A DNA stretch of 64,000 nt, from positions 1,662-65,661 of the forward strand of contig CANRLV010000004.1 of assembly GCA_947631565.1 (NCBI GenBank), in the 5' to 3' direction. Each line of letters opens with the position of its first letter. Position 1 is the stretch's first letter. The notes under the pieces are model-generated. The model ran no database searches. It worked only from the letters and a program-made list of their open reading frames with translations, and was not told the origin of the DNA. The stretch comes from an uncultured Gemmiger sp. (GTDB lineage: Bacteria; Bacillota; Clostridia; Oscillospirales; Ruminococcaceae). Positions 61,902-64,000 of the stretch are shown in pieces. A program made the translations under genes and the position numbers.

Positions 61902-61955
61902 ACCCTTGCCGCCCTTCGCCGGGCGGCATTTTTTTGAATTTTTTTGCCAAACCCC

Positions 61956-61986
61956 TTGACCTTCCCCCGGCTGGAAGGCGTATGCT
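61956..61986 (+). promoter_or_regulatory. MerR-type promoter with a 19-bp spacer and dyad operator
   Basis: TTGACC-N19-TATGCT with CCTTCC-N7-GGAAGG overlapping the spacer. Confidence 0.8.
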
Positions 61987-62015
61987 ATACCCAACGCCAA
62001 AGGAGGTGAACGCCC

Positions 62016-62657
62016 GTGCGCATCAACGAGGCCGCGGCCGAGACCGGTATCAGCCCTAAAAACATCCGCTTTTATGAGGCCGAGGGCCTGCTGGCCCCCG
62101 GCCGCGAGAACGGCAACGGCTATCGCAGCTATACCGACGCCGACCTCGAGCGGCTGCGCCGCATCCGGCTGCTGCGCCTGCTGGACGTGCCGCTGCCCGA
62201 GATCCGCGCCATCCTTGAGGGCCGCATGACACTCACCGACGCCATGCGCCGCCACGCGGTGACGCTGGAGGCCCGCCGGCAGGGACTGGACAGCACGCTG
62301 GCGCTGTGCGCGGCGCTGCAGCAGGAGCCGAGCCTCGACGGGGTGGACATCGCCGCTTTGCAGGCGCGGGTGGAGGACGAACAACGAAAGGGGGCACGAT
62401 TTGTGGACATTGAAAAACGCGACGTGCGGCGCCGGCGCAGCGTGGGGGCCGTGCTGGGCGCGGGGCTGTTCACGGCGCTGATGGCGTTCACCATCGCGCT
62501 GCTGCTGTGGGCGCAGAGCGTCGACCCGCTGCCGTGGTGGCTGTGGGCGCTGCTGGCCGGCATCCCGGCGGCGTGCGTCGTCGGCGTGGCGGTGATGCTG
62601 TATGAGCGCTTACAAGAGATACGAAAGGATGAGATCGATGCTTATCGTGACTATTGA
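62016..62657 (+). CDS. MerR-family regulator with two C-terminal TM helices
   Basis: IRFYEAEGLL and NGYRSY HTH motifs; hydrophobic C-terminus; AAGGAGGTG RBS. Confidence 0.85.
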   Translation: MRINEAAAETGISPKNIRFYEAEGLLAPGRENGNGYRSYTDADLERLRRIRLLRLLDVPLPEIRAILEGRMTLTDAMRRHAVTLEARRQGLDSTLALCAALQQEPSLDGVDIAALQARVEDEQRKGARFVDIEKRDVRRRRSVGAVLGAGLFTALMAFTIALLLWAQSVDPLPWWLWALLAGIPAACVVGVAVMLYERLQEIRKDEIDAYRDY

Positions 62658-62952
62658 GAATATCCCCGGCAAAACGTACGAGGCGCTGGGCTTTGTCAAG
62701 GGCAGCGTCGTGCACTCGAAGAACCTTGGCAAGGACATCATGAGCCAGTTCAAGGGGCTGGTCGGCGGCGAGATGGTCGCCTACACCGAGATGCTGACCG
62801 AGGCGCGGCAGATCGCCGTCGGCCGCATGGTCGAGGACGCCGAGCAAAAGGGCGCCGATGCCGTCGTCGGGCTGCGCTTTGCCAGCTCCACCATCACGGC
62901 CGGCGCCGCCGAGGTGATGGCCTTCGGCACGGCGGTGCGCTTCACCGATTGA
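62638..62952 (+). CDS. YbjQ (UPF0145) family protein
   Basis: GLVGGE, GADAVVGLRF and AFGTAV. Confidence 0.9.
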   Translation: MLIVTIENIPGKTYEALGFVKGSVVHSKNLGKDIMSQFKGLVGGEMVAYTEMLTEARQIAVGRMVEDAEQKGADAVVGLRFASSTITAGAAEVMAFGTAVRFTD

Positions 62953-62977
62953 CTTTTGCCGCCGCGTGTGCTATACT
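62949..62977 (+). promoter_or_regulatory. Sigma-A-like promoter
   Basis: TTGACT-N17-TATACT with a TG extension. Confidence 0.65.
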
Positions 62978-63063
62978 GCCGTTGAACGGCAACGGCGCCG
63001 TCCGCTTAAGGGTTTATTCCCTTTTGCGGACGGTGCTTTGTTTTGTAAGGAGCGTGTAAAGGT

Positions 63064-64000
63064 ATGGAAAAGCTGCCCCGCTATCTGCCCATCGACTATG
63101 CGAAATATGCCCCCGATATCCCCGAGGACGAGCTGGAGGCCTACTACGGCCTGCCCCGCCATGTGCAGTTCTGCACCGAATGCGTGATGAGCAACCAGAA
63201 GCCCAACTCCTGCTATGAGTTCGAGCATACCATCAAGAGCCTCAAAAAGACGATGGTCATCCAAGGTGACGGCGTGTGCGATGCCTGCCACGCCTGCCAC
63301 AACAAGCAGAACGGCCACATCGACTGGGCCCTGCGCGAAAAGGAGCTGCGCGAGCTGTGTGACGAGTACCGCAAATCGGACGGCAGCTATGACTGTCTGG
63401 TCCCCGGCTCCGGCGGCAAGGACAGCTTTTACGCCGCCCACCTGCTCAAGTACAAGTACGGGATGCATCCGCTGACCGTGACCTGGGCGCCGCACCTGTA
63501 CACCCCGTGGGGTTGGGAGAATATGCAGGCCTGGATCCACGCCGGGTTCGACAACTATCTGTGCACACCCAACGGCCTGACCCACCGCCTGCTCACGCGG
63601 CTGGCCACCGAGAACCTGTTCCACCCGTTCCAGCCCTTTATCCTGGGCCAAAAGCAGCTGGCGCCCAAGATGGCCGCCAAATTCGGCATCCCGCTCGTGT
63701 TCTACGGCGAGAACGAGGCCGAGTTCGGCAACCCCATCGCCGACAACAATTCGGCGCTGCGGGACGAGCACTTCTTCGCCGTCAACGACTACGACCACAT
63801 TTATCTCGGCGGCGTGAGCCTGCGCCAGCTCGAGGAGGACTACGGCATCGACAAGGCGGACCTTGCCATCTACCTGCCCGGCGAGACCTCGAACCTTGAG
63901 AAAAACCACGTCCAGGTGCGGTATCTCGGCTATTACGAGAAATGGCACCCGCAGGGGGCGTACTACTACGCCGTTGAGCACGGCGGCTTCCGCCCCGCGC
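63064..64000 (+). CDS. Second N-acetyl sugar amidotransferase; truncated by the window end
   Basis: Not in the ORF track; hand translation MEKLPRYLPIDY...FCTECVMSNQKP...GVCDAC...VPGSGGKDS...HPLTVTWAPH...FYGENEAE. Confidence 0.85.
   Translation, partial: MEKLPRYLPIDYAKYAPDIPEDELEAYYGLPRHVQFCTECVMSNQKPNSCYEFEHTIKSLKKTMVIQGDGVCDACHACHNKQNGHIDWALREKELRELCDEYRKSDGSYDCLVPGSGGKDSFYAAHLLKYKYGMHPLTVTWAPHLYTPWGWENMQAWIHAGFDNYLCTPNGLTHRLLTRLATENLFHPFQPFILGQKQLAPKMAAKFGIPLVFYGENEAEFGNPIADNNSALRDEHFFAVNDYDHIYLGGVSLRQLEEDYGIDKADLAIYLPGETSNLEKNHVQVRYLGYYEKWHPQGAYYYAVEHGGFRPA

Overview
High-GC chromosomal window from a gut-type Clostridia/Oscillospiraceae-like firmicute; the taxon is inferred from gene order (DUF1385-prmC-recA-recX-rimO-pgsA-cysS, cmk-plsC-ispH::rpsA, pgk-tpiA-gpmI). 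It is mostly housekeeping genes plus a beta-glucoside PTS operon with its own HPr/EI and many dispersed surface-glycosylation genes. I found no rRNA, tRNA, CRISPR array, transposase or prophage. The most unusual item is an amino-acid-binding lipoprotein with no ABC transporter, paired with a 1014-aa MscS channel carrying two extracellular Cache-like sensor domains (candidate ligand-gated channel), downstream of a tandem AAA+ ATPase. Other notable items: two IS1182-like MITEs sharing a 16-bp end, one with a duplicated target stem-loop; a PAS-CPBP intramembrane protease fusion between pgk and tpiA; a six-gene lipid-linked unusual-sugar cluster; a double GT-C/PMT fusion; and a membrane-anchored MerR regulator. 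All domain calls are by eye from motifs; no database searches were run.
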